Notes: a model not told the origin generated them from the sequence alone. Counted from the stretch's first letter, positions 8,354-17,232 are shown. The stretch is 64,000 nt of DNA from Alphaproteobacteria bacterium (GCA_041908065.1 JAYRGC010000039.1:2481-66480); one strand, 5' to 3'. A program made the numbers and translations.

Positions 8354-9862
8354 CTACTCCACCAACCGCATGGTGGGGAAGGCGATGACTTCGCGGATGG
8401 TTTGGCTGTCGGTCATCAGCATCCCAAGGCGGTCGATGCCGATTCCAAGCCCGCCCATCGGCGGCATGCCCAACGCCAAGGCTTCGATGAAATCCTCGTC
8501 TATCGGATGCGGAGGATCGTCGGGGCCGCGTTTCTGCTCTGCTTGCTCCAGAAAACGGGCGCGTTGTTCGCGGGGATCGTTAAGCTCGCTGAAGGCGTTG
8601 GCGATTTCCCAGCCGTTGACGTAGGTCTCGAACCGTTGCGCCACATGCGGCCTGTCCGGCCACGCTTTGGCCAGAGGAGATATTTCCTTGGGCAAGTCGA
8701 TTACGTGTACGGGCTGGATCAGCTTGTCTTCGACTTTTTCGCCGAACACCGCTTCCACCACCTGCCCCCAGCTGGTGCCCGGGTCGATCGCAACGCCCAA
8801 TTTACGCGCCATCGCCCGCGCTTCGTCGCCGTTCTTGCACGACGCGAAATCCTGTCCGGAGTGCTCAAGGATAAGCTCGACCATTCCTTTGCGCGGCCAC
8901 GGCGGGGTGAAGTCAAGCTCCACGTCCGCAAATTTGATTTTTCCGCTGCCGTGCAACGTCATGGCGACGTGGTGGATTATCGTCTCGGTTATATCGATCA
9001 TCGCGTTGAAATCCACATACGCTTGGTATAGCTCAAGCGACGTAAACTCCGGGTTGTGCTTGGGGCTGATGCCCTCGTTGCGGAAGCAGCGGTTTATCTC
9101 GAATAGCTTTTCCGACAGCCCGCCTATCACCAGCCGCTTGAGATGCAGCTCTGGTGCTATCCGCATGTAAAGCGGCATGTCCAGCGCGTTGTGATGGGTG
9201 ACGAAGGGGCGGGCGATGGCTCCGCCGGCGATGACGTGCATCATCGGGGTTTCGACTTCGATGAAGCCGCGTTCGTAAAGGAACTGGCGGATCGAGGCCA
9301 CCATGCGGTAACGCGCCCGCAGGGTTTCGCGGGTGCGAACGTTGGCCACCAAATCCTGCTCGCGGTGACGAAAGCGGGCTTCCACGTCCTTGAGGCCGTG
9401 GAATTTCTCGGGCGGCGGGATGAGGGCTTTGCTCAAAACCATAAGCTCGTCGGCGTCCACGGTTATCTCTCCGCGGGGAGTGCGACGCACTTTGCCCGAT
9501 ACTCCGATGATGTCGCCCAGATCCAGCAACTTCAGCAGCTCGGCGCGCTTGGCCTCGGTTTGCTTGAGATCGTGAAACACCTGCAAACGGTCGCTGTCGT
9601 CCATGACGTCGATGAACATGCCGTTGTTACGGACGGACATGACGCGTCCGGCCACGCGCACGACGGCGTCGGTTTTTTCTCCGGCGGCCAGATGCTCGAA
9701 ACGCTTTTTTATCGCGGCGGCGGAATCCGTCTTGTCGAACTTGGTGACGTGGAAGGGATTGCCGCAAAGCTCGGTTATCTTGTCCAATCGGGAGGAGCGG
9801 CGCGAAATCTCGTCTTCGGGGGCGGCAGAAACGTTTTCAGAAATGGTGGCGGATTCGGTCAT
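8354..9862 (-). CDS. lysS: lysine--tRNA ligase, class II
   Basis: OB-fold N-terminus plus class II motifs (FRNEGIS motif 2 ... GGLGIGIDRLGMLMT motif 3). Length 502 aa. Confidence 0.9.
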   Translation of the reverse strand: MTESATISENVSAAPEDEISRRSSRLDKITELCGNPFHVTKFDKTDSAAAIKKRFEHLAAGEKTDAVVRVAGRVMSVRNNGMFIDVMDDSDRLQVFHDLKQTEAKRAELLKLLDLGDIIGVSGKVRRTPRGEITVDADELMVLSKALIPPPEKFHGLKDVEARFRHREQDLVANVRTRETLRARYRMVASIRQFLYERGFIEVETPMMHVIAGGAIARPFVTHHNALDMPLYMRIAPELHLKRLVIGGLSEKLFEINRCFRNEGISPKHNPEFTSLELYQAYVDFNAMIDITETIIHHVAMTLHGSGKIKFADVELDFTPPWPRKGMVELILEHSGQDFASCKNGDEARAMARKLGVAIDPGTSWGQVVEAVFGEKVEDKLIQPVHVIDLPKEISPLAKAWPDRPHVAQRFETYVNGWEIANAFSELNDPREQRARFLEQAEQKRGPDDPPHPIDEDFIEALALGMPPMGGLGIGIDRLGMLMTDSQTIREVIAFPTMRLVE

Positions 9863-9864
9863 GG

Positions 9865-10119
9865 TTATCCCTTCTCGGTTTCAATTTTATTGCTCGGCCT
9901 ATCGCGTAGCCAAAGGCGCACATTGTGCTTCACTTCGCCACGCGAGTCGAGTTTAGGCATGGGCAACCAGCTAACATGGGCGCGTTGTAGGCTTAGAGCG
10001 CAGCTTTTTTTTACTGATCTATCGGTAATTAGCCGAGGCCAACTCTCTGACCAGCTCTTTTCTAAGCCATAATTCATATGTGCGATATACGTTATTGCCA
10101 ATGGATTTGCCGTTTGCAA
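9865..10119 (-). pseudogene. degenerate duplicated fragment of the 3' end of the downstream methyltransferase gene
   Basis: The translated segment KLDSRGEVKHNVRL (9921-9960) parallels ELDLWREVKHNKPV at the C-terminus of the MTase at 11071-11110. The two DNA copies share attgtgcttcacttcgc and agtcgagtt. Confidence 0.4.
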
Positions 10120-10951
10120 AAGGTTTTAACATCTCAATTGTAGAAGTTGAGTCCGACACTATGTAGTTAACACCCTCGGAAATGCTAACAATGTTGGCAA
10201 AACCACGACGCCCATCGGAGAATATTTCCTGTATCCCCCGCATTTTTTCGTCACTCATCAAACTTCTTGCATCCCATATTTCTATCTGCCCTATCCACAA
10301 ATCCCCACTGCGCAACGTCAGATATTTTTCATCCCGCAAAAGAGAAGCCGTCGGTTCCGAGGTTATAGTTGAACTGGTCTCCTCAAAATAACGCTTTGCC
10401 CCATCGCTTCCAAAATCTGTATGACCGGATATTTCCTCATAGGCTGAGATGTCTCTCGCAGTTGTTATCCTGCTGCGGAAATTAAGTGTGTTGGAAACTA
10501 TCGCCGCCAACAGCAGCTTGTAACTGGTAGCATTGAGCGAGTTTGCGTGGCCGTTTTCCTTGATTTTTTCCCAAACTATCGTAGCGCACGCGCCAACCGG
10601 AACTATCCATGAGCGGACGTCATGGCGAGTGTTCCAATGGCTTTCAAATCCATAGTGGTGGTCGAATACTTCAGTGATTTTATTGTGGTTCACTATGGGG
10701 TCGAAAAAATCGGGGTTTGATACGTCCATAACCACGAAATCGCATGCATCATCAGGAAGGGCATAGTCCTTGGCCGATTTCCATATGGTGGGCAGTTTTC
10801 GCAACATGGGAGGCACGGTGGCGTTGAGCGATGGCGTAAACAACACCATGGCCTTATCTCCACGTTTTCCGAGATAATCTCCGTAAGCCTCGGCGCAAGC
10901 CAGTGCGTCTATGTCTATGTGGCCGCTGCCGCTTGTCACAATTATCGTCAT
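10019..10951 (-). CDS. DHH-family phosphoesterase-like protein
   Basis: DHH motifs are present: GHIDIDALA (motif I, DxD), VMDVS (II) and FDHHYG (III, DHH). The gene is clearly lower in GC than its neighbours. Confidence 0.55.
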   Translation of the reverse strand: MTIIVTSGSGHIDIDALACAEAYGDYLGKRGDKAMVLFTPSLNATVPPMLRKLPTIWKSAKDYALPDDACDFVVMDVSNPDFFDPIVNHNKITEVFDHHYGFESHWNTRHDVRSWIVPVGACATIVWEKIKENGHANSLNATSYKLLLAAIVSNTLNFRSRITTARDISAYEEISGHTDFGSDGAKRYFEETSSTITSEPTASLLRDEKYLTLRSGDLWIGQIEIWDARSLMSDEKMRGIQEIFSDGRRGFANIVSISEGVNYIVSDSTSTIEMLKPFANGKSIGNNVYRTYELWLRKELVRELASANYR

Positions 10952-10984
10952 GGGTTTGCCAATTTTTAAAATCGCATTTGGTTG

Positions 10985-11713
10985 CTATCCAACGAAATGA
11001 TGCGGCTCGCGCCGGAACAGCATGGCGTAGGTTTCGCGTTCGTATTCCATGCCGTGCATGGTGACTGGCTTATTGTGCTTCACTTCGCGCCATAAGTCGA
11101 GTTCCGGCGCGAAAAAATCCAATATCCGCCTGCGGGTGAAGAGTATGGACGCTATTCCGTTGACGGGATCCAGCACCACTTCTTCTCCGGATTCCGGATC
11201 CTGATCGTTCGGGCGTTGGCGATAGCGGCCATAGTAACCGTCGCCGACGCTGGCGAAGGACAGCATATAGTGTCCGCGCGCCCCCAGAACGTTCAGAAGA
11301 TTCTGCTTGTAGGCGATTCGCAGTTCGAGCGGTGAGATGTGCTTGAAGCAAAAAGCGTCCACCACCAGATCCACGTCGTCGCGGCCTATCGGCCAAGGTT
11401 CGGTCACATCGTGAACCAGCTGGCGTATTTTTTCCTTAAGTCCGAATCGGGATGCCGCTTCGGCCAGCGACGAGATGGCGTTGGGGGTAAAGTCCATCGC
11501 CGTTACGCTCATTCCTTGCGAGGCGAGGTAAAGCGAATTGCGCCCTTTGCCGCAACCGACGTCGACAGCGGTTTGCAATCTGGCCTTGTGGTTTTTCAGT
11601 TCCTCGACAGCCCACACGACCGAGCCTGAAGGCGTGGCGCGGACGGAAGACGGGATACCGCCCGCTTCGTATTCTTCGTTCCAAAGTTCCGACGGACTGC
11701 GGTGTTCGGACAT
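10985..11713 (-). CDS. class I SAM-dependent methyltransferase, TehB-like
   Basis: VDVGCGKGRNSLYLASQGMSVTAMDF resembles the TehB SAM-binding motif LDLGCGNGRNSLYLA. The start was chosen at MSEHRS. Confidence 0.7.
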   Translation of the reverse strand: MSEHRSPSELWNEEYEAGGIPSSVRATPSGSVVWAVEELKNHKARLQTAVDVGCGKGRNSLYLASQGMSVTAMDFTPNAISSLAEAASRFGLKEKIRQLVHDVTEPWPIGRDDVDLVVDAFCFKHISPLELRIAYKQNLLNVLGARGHYMLSFASVGDGYYGRYRQRPNDQDPESGEEVVLDPVNGIASILFTRRRILDFFAPELDLWREVKHNKPVTMHGMEYERETYAMLFRREPHHFVG

Positions 11714-11799
11714 GACGGCCTCCGTTGCGCCTATTTTATACCAAGATGGAGCAACGAACCAAGCGCAACGCCTATGGTTTTGCGTAAGAGCGAAAAAGG

Positions 11800-11858
11800 G
11801 CAAAGAAAAACCCCCGTCCGGCGCACCTGCTGACGCGAGGCTGGCCTGACGGGGGTTT
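11800..11858 (-). terminator. intrinsic terminator after the Lys-rich small ORF
   Basis: On the minus strand a stem ACCCCCGTC...GACGGGGGT is followed by TTTTTCTTTGCCCTTTTT. A smaller GC hairpin (GCGCCC-GCAA-GGGCGC) lies between the ORF stop and this terminator. Confidence 0.5.
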
Positions 11859-11895
11859 CCTTAGCAATTTCCTGCGCCCTTGCGGGCGCGGGAGA

Positions 11896-11967
11896 TTACT
11901 TCTTCTTCTTGGCAGTCGCCTTCTTCTTGGCGGGAGCCTTTTTAGCAACCTTCTTCTTAGCAGCCAT
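11896..11967 (-). CDS. 23-aa lysine-rich small ORF (MAAKKKVAKKAPAKKKATAKKKK); candidate leader peptide or tiny basic DNA-binding peptide
   Basis: A perfect SD, AAGGAGG, lies 5 nt before the ATG. There are 12 Lys codons (11 AAG, 1 AAA). A TAA stop is followed by hairpins and an intrinsic terminator. It is below the ORF-track size cutoff and was found by reading the minus strand. Confidence 0.45.
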   Translation of the reverse strand: MAAKKKVAKKAPAKKKATAKKKK

Positions 11968-12322
11968 AGTGACCTCCTTGAGCTAGAGTAGAGAGTAACG
12001 ACATGTTGTGTCCGATAGAGAAACCAGTCAACAACATTTTGTCATCAGCCCCGCTTCGCAATACGAAAAACGATTTTTGTTCGCCATGAGTTGCAGTGAT
12101 GCAACATGCATCGTCGTAGCGATCGATGGAAACAACGCGACGCGAAGAATTCCATTGAACTCAGACCATGCTTTTGTGGCGGCGAAAATATCCGTCATCC
12201 TTTCGCAAAACGATAGGCAAGATCGGTTATGACATAACGTTTGCTAACAAATCGTGAAAATTGTATTGAACTGCATGGGGCGCATGGGGTATCCCTTCGC
12301 TCCGTCCTTCGCTTTCACGCGG

Positions 12323-12399
12323 GGGCCTGTAGCTCAGTTGGTTAGAGCAGGCCGCTCATAACGGTCTGGTCGTAGGTTCAAGTCCTACCGGGCCCACCA
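12323..12399 (+). tRNA. tRNA-Met (anticodon CAT), elongator-type
   Basis: Acceptor GGGCCTG/CGGGCCC with a paired 1:72, D-arm GCTC/GAGC, anticodon stem GGCCG/CGGTC with loop CTCATAA, T-arm GTAGGTTCAAGTCCTAC, CCA encoded. Confidence 0.8.
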
Positions 12400-12427
12400 T
12401 TTCCTCTCTCTTCCGAAAAACGAAATA

Positions 12428-13000
12428 TCAAAAAGCGGCGCGGCAAACGCGGCGCAACGCGCGATCCAAAAAAGCCATGGTTCGCGCCATGTCCGGCGTG
12501 TCGTCGCGCAGCCAATTCAGAATGGCGGCTTCGTGCGCCACGAACAAGGCGAAGGAGAGGACGGCCATTTTCGGGGCGTCGTCGTCCGCGATCGCCGTCT
12601 CGATTATCCGCCGCGCGCTTCGCGCGTGCGCCAAGGCCAACTGCGCTAGCAGACGCGGATCGTTCATGCAGGCCGAGGAGATGGCCTTGATGCCGTCGCG
12701 TCGGAGTTGCAGGGATTCGAATCTCGCCATGGCCGCGTCGAAAAGGCGGTCGTGCGGGCATCCACCTTTTTGCGCGGAGAAAGATGCCGCCATCTCGTCG
12801 TCGATCATGGCGACGATGGCGGGAATCATGTCGTCGCGACGTGGAAATATGTTCTCCGCCGTTTTTGCGGGAATTTTAGCTAGGCGGGCTGCGTCGCGCG
12901 GCGAAACTACGTTCCATCCGCGTCGGGCGGCCAGCTCCAGCGCGGCGGCGCAAATCCTGCGCTTCGCCAAGTTCAGGGATCCTTCGGAAGGCTTCTTCAT
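12428..13000 (-). CDS. TetR/AcrR-family transcriptional regulator
   Basis: N-terminal HTH region (RRICAAALELAARRGWNVVSPRDAARLAKIP) with a helical C-terminal ligand domain. The stop overlaps the coaX start. Confidence 0.55.
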   Translation of the reverse strand: MKKPSEGSLNLAKRRICAAALELAARRGWNVVSPRDAARLAKIPAKTAENIFPRRDDMIPAIVAMIDDEMAASFSAQKGGCPHDRLFDAAMARFESLQLRRDGIKAISSACMNDPRLLAQLALAHARSARRIIETAIADDDAPKMAVLSFALFVAHEAAILNWLRDDTPDMARTMAFLDRALRRVCRAAF

Positions 13001-13779
13001 GACGCGGCGCGTTTCATGTTGCGCTCGTGAATCAGGCGAAGCCCCTTCAGCGTCAGATCAGGGTCGATATGCCCGATGGACGGCACCGTCCCCATGAACA
13101 AGGGAGCCAGTCCGCCCGTGGCCACGACGGTCACCACGCCGCCGTGTTCGTCGCAGATGCGTCCGGTCAACCCCTCGATCATGCCGACGTAGCCCCAGAA
13201 TATGCCGGATTGCATGGCGTCCACGGTGTTGGTTCCGATGGCCTTTTGCGGGCGGGTGATGGCCACGCGCGGCAGTTTGGCCGCCGCCATGTGCAACGCT
13301 TGCAGCGAGAGGTTGATCCCAGGAGCGATAGCCCCGCCGCGATAGTTGCCGTCCTTGTCCACCAGATCGAAGGTGGTGGCGGTTCCGAAGTCGATTAGCA
13401 GCAGCGGCAGGGGATAGGCGTCGGCTCCGGCCACCGCGTTAATAAGGCGATCCGCTCCCACTTCTTCGGGGCGATCGACGATGGCCTTGATGCCCAAGTC
13501 GACCGCCGACGCTCCCACTATCATGGCCGAGCAGCCGAAGTGGTCGTGGCACAGCCGCGCCAGATGGAAGTTGGCCTCCGGCACTACGCTGCCGATTATC
13601 GAGTGTTTCACTTCGCGGGAATCCAGTCCTGCCTCGCGCATCATGGTCTTCAGAAACGCGGCGTATTCGTCGGCGGTGCGCTGCGCGCTGGCTTGAGTTC
13701 GCCATGTAGCGAGAATCTTCTCGCCTTTGAACAGCGCGAAAACGGTGTTGGTGTTGCCTGCGTCGATGGCGAGTAGCAT
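12997..13779 (-). CDS. coaX: type III pantothenate kinase
   Basis: MLLAIDAGNTNTVFALF is the ASKHA N-terminal motif of Baf/CoaX. Length 260 aa. Downstream of birA as usual. Confidence 0.85.
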   Translation of the reverse strand: MLLAIDAGNTNTVFALFKGEKILATWRTQASAQRTADEYAAFLKTMMREAGLDSREVKHSIIGSVVPEANFHLARLCHDHFGCSAMIVGASAVDLGIKAIVDRPEEVGADRLINAVAGADAYPLPLLLIDFGTATTFDLVDKDGNYRGGAIAPGINLSLQALHMAAAKLPRVAITRPQKAIGTNTVDAMQSGIFWGYVGMIEGLTGRICDEHGGVVTVVATGGLAPLFMGTVPSIGHIDPDLTLKGLRLIHERNMKRAAS

Positions 13780-13789
13780 GGTTTGCGCC

Positions 13790-14533
13790 CTATGTCGTTC
13801 GCGGTAGATCGGGAAAAACGTCCCCTGCGGATATAATCCGTTCCGAGCCGTCTGCCAACCGCAGGACGAGATTGCCCAGCGCGTCCAGTCCGGAGAAGTC
13901 TCCGGCGACGGTTTCCGAGGGCAGGCGGACAGAGAGCTTGCCGCGTTGCGCCCGTTCCAGCCATTCCTCGCGCAGTTTATGGAAGCCGTGGAGCTTCAGG
14001 CCGTCGCATCTGGTTCGCAGGGCGTCCATCAGGGCTTTCAGCGCGTCGTCGACGGAGATTTCGGCATGTCCTTCGGCGCGGAGGGATGTGGCGGGATAGA
14101 GCGCGGTTTCGGGATGATGGGCGACGTTTATGCCGACGCCGGCCACCAGCCATTCGACGATGCCGTCATTGACGGGGGCGGCTTCCAGCAGAACGCCGCA
14201 GATTTTGCGGCCACGCGCCAGCACGTCGTTCGGCCATTTCAGCGTCACCTCGGCTCCGATTCCCATAAAGGAGCTTATCGCGTCGTGCGCCGCCAAGGCG
14301 GCGGCGAGGCTATAATGTCCCATGGCTTGCGGCGGACAGCGCGGACGCAACACCATCGAAACATGAAGATTGCCCGCTGGAGAATCCCACGTCCTGCCGT
14401 GCCGTCCGCGCCCTGACGTTTGGCGCAAGGCTTGAATCGCCGTCCATTCCGGCGCGCCGTTTTGCGCGGCCTCTATCGCATCGATGTTGGTGCTGGCCGT
14501 GGTTTCAAGAAGATGGAGAGAATAAAACGGCAT
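13790..14533 (-). CDS. birA: biotin--[acetyl-CoA-carboxylase] ligase
   Basis: The biotin-protein ligase catalytic motif QTSGRGRHGRTWDSPAGNLHVS is present. It follows nuoN, the typical alphaproteobacterial nuoN-birA-coaX synteny. Confidence 0.85.
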   Translation of the reverse strand: MPFYSLHLLETTASTNIDAIEAAQNGAPEWTAIQALRQTSGRGRHGRTWDSPAGNLHVSMVLRPRCPPQAMGHYSLAAALAAHDAISSFMGIGAEVTLKWPNDVLARGRKICGVLLEAAPVNDGIVEWLVAGVGINVAHHPETALYPATSLRAEGHAEISVDDALKALMDALRTRCDGLKLHGFHKLREEWLERAQRGKLSVRLPSETVAGDFSGLDALGNLVLRLADGSERIISAGDVFPDLPRTT

Positions 14534-14573
14534 GGTGTCGCGGGTGCGAAGTTAAAGTCGTTCCGAATAATCT

Positions 14574-14690
14574 CCGTCATTGCGAGCGGCCTTTTTCAGG
14601 CCGCGAAGCAATCCATGGTCACTGGCATAATGGCACTGGATTGCTTCGCCGCCAAGGGGCGGCTCGCAATGACGGCTTTTGGTCGTCTAT
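14574..14690. repeat. family-A nested palindromic repeat, copy A1
   Basis: gtcattgcgagcggcc...gcgaagcaatcca / tggattgcttcgccgccaaggggcggctcgcaatgac inverted arms. Lies between the nuoN 3' end and birA. Confidence 0.85.
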
Positions 14691-14728
14691 CTCACAACTA
14701 ATGGAAATTATTTGGAATAACCATTAAG

Positions 14729-16201
14729 TCAAAGCGCGGCCAAACTTTGCGCCGCCGCCAACGCCCGATCCAGCAGCGGAGCCGGAGCCGCCACCAGCAG
14801 CAGCGCGGCGCAGGCCGCGACAGCCACCCCGAACCGCAGGGACTTTTCCGGCACGCCGTCTATCGCCTTAGCGTCCGCCGCCGCCTCGTCGAAGTACATC
14901 GCCTTGACGACCCGCAAATAGTAGAAGGCGGCGACCACGCTGGCCAAAACGCCGATGACGGCCAAAGGCAGCATTCCGGCCTTCACGGCGGACAGGAAAA
15001 CGAAATACTTGCCGAAGAATCCGGCCATGGGCGGCACTCCGGCCAGCGAGAACATGAACACCGCCATCGCCAAGGCAAGAGCTGGATGCGAACGCGACAG
15101 TCCGGCCACGTCTTGTATTTTTTCCACCTCGTTGCCGTCGCGGCGCAGGCACAAGATGACCGCGAAAGCTCCAAGCGTATTGACGGCGTAGATCGCCATA
15201 TACGTTAACGTCGCTTGGATGCCCATGCTTCCGCCCGCAGCCAAGCCTACCAACGCCGCGCCCACGTTGGCGATGGAGCTGTAGGCCATCAGGCGGCGCA
15301 GGTTGGTTTGCATCAATCCTCCCAGCCCGCCGACCAGCATGGAAGCCACGGCCACGAAGGCGATTATCTGCGTCCACTGGTGCGATAGCCCGCCCATGGG
15401 CTGTTCCAATATCCGCGCCAGCAAGGCCATGGCCGCCAGCTTGGGGGCGGCGGAGAAAAAGGCGGCGACGGACGCGGGCGCGCCTTGGTACACGTCGGGA
15501 GTCCACATATGGAAGGGGACGGCGGATACCTTGAATGCCAGAGCGGCGCAGATGAAAACCATGCCGAACAAGACGCCTAAAGGAACCGTTTCGCCCGATT
15601 GTTGGCGCAAGGATTCCGCGATGGCGGCGAAGCCGGTCGAACCGGCGTATCCGTAAAGCAAAGACGCGCCGTAAAGCAGCATCCCCGAGGCCACCGCCCC
15701 CAGCACGAAGTACTTCAATCCGGCCTCGCCTGATTTGGCGTCGTCGCGGCGGAAGGCGGCCATGACGTAAAGAGGCAGGCTTTGCAGCTCTATGCCCAGA
15801 TAAAGCGTCATCAAGTCGTTGGCCGATACCATGATCATCATGCCCAGCGCGGCGAAGACCGCCAATACGGGATATTCGGGGCAAGAAATCCCCGCCTTGG
15901 ACAGATATGGCGGCGAGATCAGTAACGCTAGCGCGGCGGACAGCAATATCGCTACTTTGGAAAAACGCGCGAAGGCGTCATTGATCAACATCCCGCCCCA
16001 TGCCGCGAAATGGTCGGACGCTTCGCCGCTCGCCGCCATGAAAGCCGCCGTCAGCAACGACAATATCGCCAGAAAGTTGACGGTTTTCACGCCGCCCTTG
16101 TTTCCGAAGGCGGAGGCCAAGAGAAGGACAAGCGCGGCCAAGGCCAGAAAAATCTCCGGCAAAGTGGCGGCTGAGGAGAGCGAGATTTCGGTTGGATTCA
16201 T
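14729..16201 (-). CDS. nuoN: NADH-quinone oxidoreductase subunit N
   Basis: Polytopic antiporter-like subunit with the typical NuoN C-terminal half. The start was chosen at MNPTEISL. Confidence 0.9.
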   Translation of the reverse strand: MNPTEISLSSAATLPEIFLALAALVLLLASAFGNKGGVKTVNFLAILSLLTAAFMAASGEASDHFAAWGGMLINDAFARFSKVAILLSAALALLISPPYLSKAGISCPEYPVLAVFAALGMMIMVSANDLMTLYLGIELQSLPLYVMAAFRRDDAKSGEAGLKYFVLGAVASGMLLYGASLLYGYAGSTGFAAIAESLRQQSGETVPLGVLFGMVFICAALAFKVSAVPFHMWTPDVYQGAPASVAAFFSAAPKLAAMALLARILEQPMGGLSHQWTQIIAFVAVASMLVGGLGGLMQTNLRRLMAYSSIANVGAALVGLAAGGSMGIQATLTYMAIYAVNTLGAFAVILCLRRDGNEVEKIQDVAGLSRSHPALALAMAVFMFSLAGVPPMAGFFGKYFVFLSAVKAGMLPLAVIGVLASVVAAFYYLRVVKAMYFDEAAADAKAIDGVPEKSLRFGVAVAACAALLLVAAPAPLLDRALAAAQSLAAL

Positions 16202-16314
16202 GGTGATGCCCACGGGACTGTTGGTGGAGCGATGAGGGAGGAAATATAATGTGGTGGACATTGGAGCACTTTTGTAGTGTTTCTGCCAGATGTTTCATCA
16301 AGGAGAGGCAGGAT

Positions 16315-17232
16315 ATGGGGTTTAGCGGACTGTTTGGAAAAATGGCGGATTTTATTGGGTGTTCGCCAGGAATCGTTATGATTGTTTCCGGTATGTTAGG
16401 ATTGGTTTTTTCCTACGGGCATCTATTGCCGGATTTCATGTTGGCCGTCCTTGTTGCTGGAATAATTTTCCTTTCCTGTTTTCGCATAAACGCGCCATTG
16501 CCACGCAACGCTTTATGGCGGATACCCGTTTTCTGCGTTCTGCGCTATGTGGCCTTTCCGCTGCTCATGTGGTGGTTGTGCATGCAGATCGCTCCAGAAT
16601 ACGCCGTTGGGATGCTCCTGCTTGGCCTTTGTCCTGCTGGTTCGTCTTCGGCTGGATTCGCATCGATTTATAACGGCAATGTGTCCACGGCCATTGCCAT
16701 CACTGTATTCAGCAGCATAGCTTGCGTTGCGTTTATGCCAGTGATGTTTGGGGTGTTTGCGGGATTGGAGATTTCTGTATCTCCATGGCAATTGCTGCGT
16801 ACTTTGTCGTTATGCGTTCTTTTGCCAGGAGCGCTTTATCTGATTTTGCGCAGCAATGCCGCCGTAGTTGGATATTTTACAAGGAATGGACAAAATATCA
16901 CTGTGCTTATGCTTGGCGCGATAGTGTTTTTAGCACTAGCAAGAAATCAAGATACGTTGATTCAAAATCACAATGAGCTGCTATTGCCTTTTTCTCTTAT
17001 CGTAGGTTTTTACATGATGGCGATGATTGCAGGTTTCGCCATAAAAACTTCCCTGATGGAACGCATATCGTATGGAATATGCTCAACCTTCAATAATAAT
17101 GCGCTAGGCATTGGCATCGCTGGAATATACTTCGATAGCAAGGTGGTCGTGTTTATGGTGATGACATCAATCGTATGGATGACATTGCCGATTATTGCTC
17201 GACCAGTAATCAAGAATTTGAGCACTTCATAA
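16315..17232 (+). CDS. BASS/SBF-like (bile acid:sodium symporter superfamily) membrane transporter
   Basis: About 9 TM helices. LGLCPAGSSSAGFASIYNGNVSTAIAIT resembles the CPGG...SNV signature of the SBF/Acr3 superfamily. Low GC. Antisense to the flanking nuo genes. The start is uncertain (16249 or 16315). Confidence 0.5.
   Translation: MGFSGLFGKMADFIGCSPGIVMIVSGMLGLVFSYGHLLPDFMLAVLVAGIIFLSCFRINAPLPRNALWRIPVFCVLRYVAFPLLMWWLCMQIAPEYAVGMLLLGLCPAGSSSAGFASIYNGNVSTAIAITVFSSIACVAFMPVMFGVFAGLEISVSPWQLLRTLSLCVLLPGALYLILRSNAAVVGYFTRNGQNITVLMLGAIVFLALARNQDTLIQNHNELLLPFSLIVGFYMMAMIAGFAIKTSLMERISYGICSTFNNNALGIGIAGIYFDSKVVVFMVMTSIVWMTLPIIARPVIKNLSTS

Noticed and set aside
12008-12232. 74-aa plus-strand ORF between the Lys-rich mini-ORF and tRNA-Met
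   Set aside because: No SD, no domain, and it lies in the promoter region of the minus-strand mini-ORF. Probably non-coding.
14868-15884. 338-aa alternative-frame ORF within nuoN
   Set aside because: Same strand but a different frame to the well-supported NuoN reading frame. Arg/Gly-rich and spurious.
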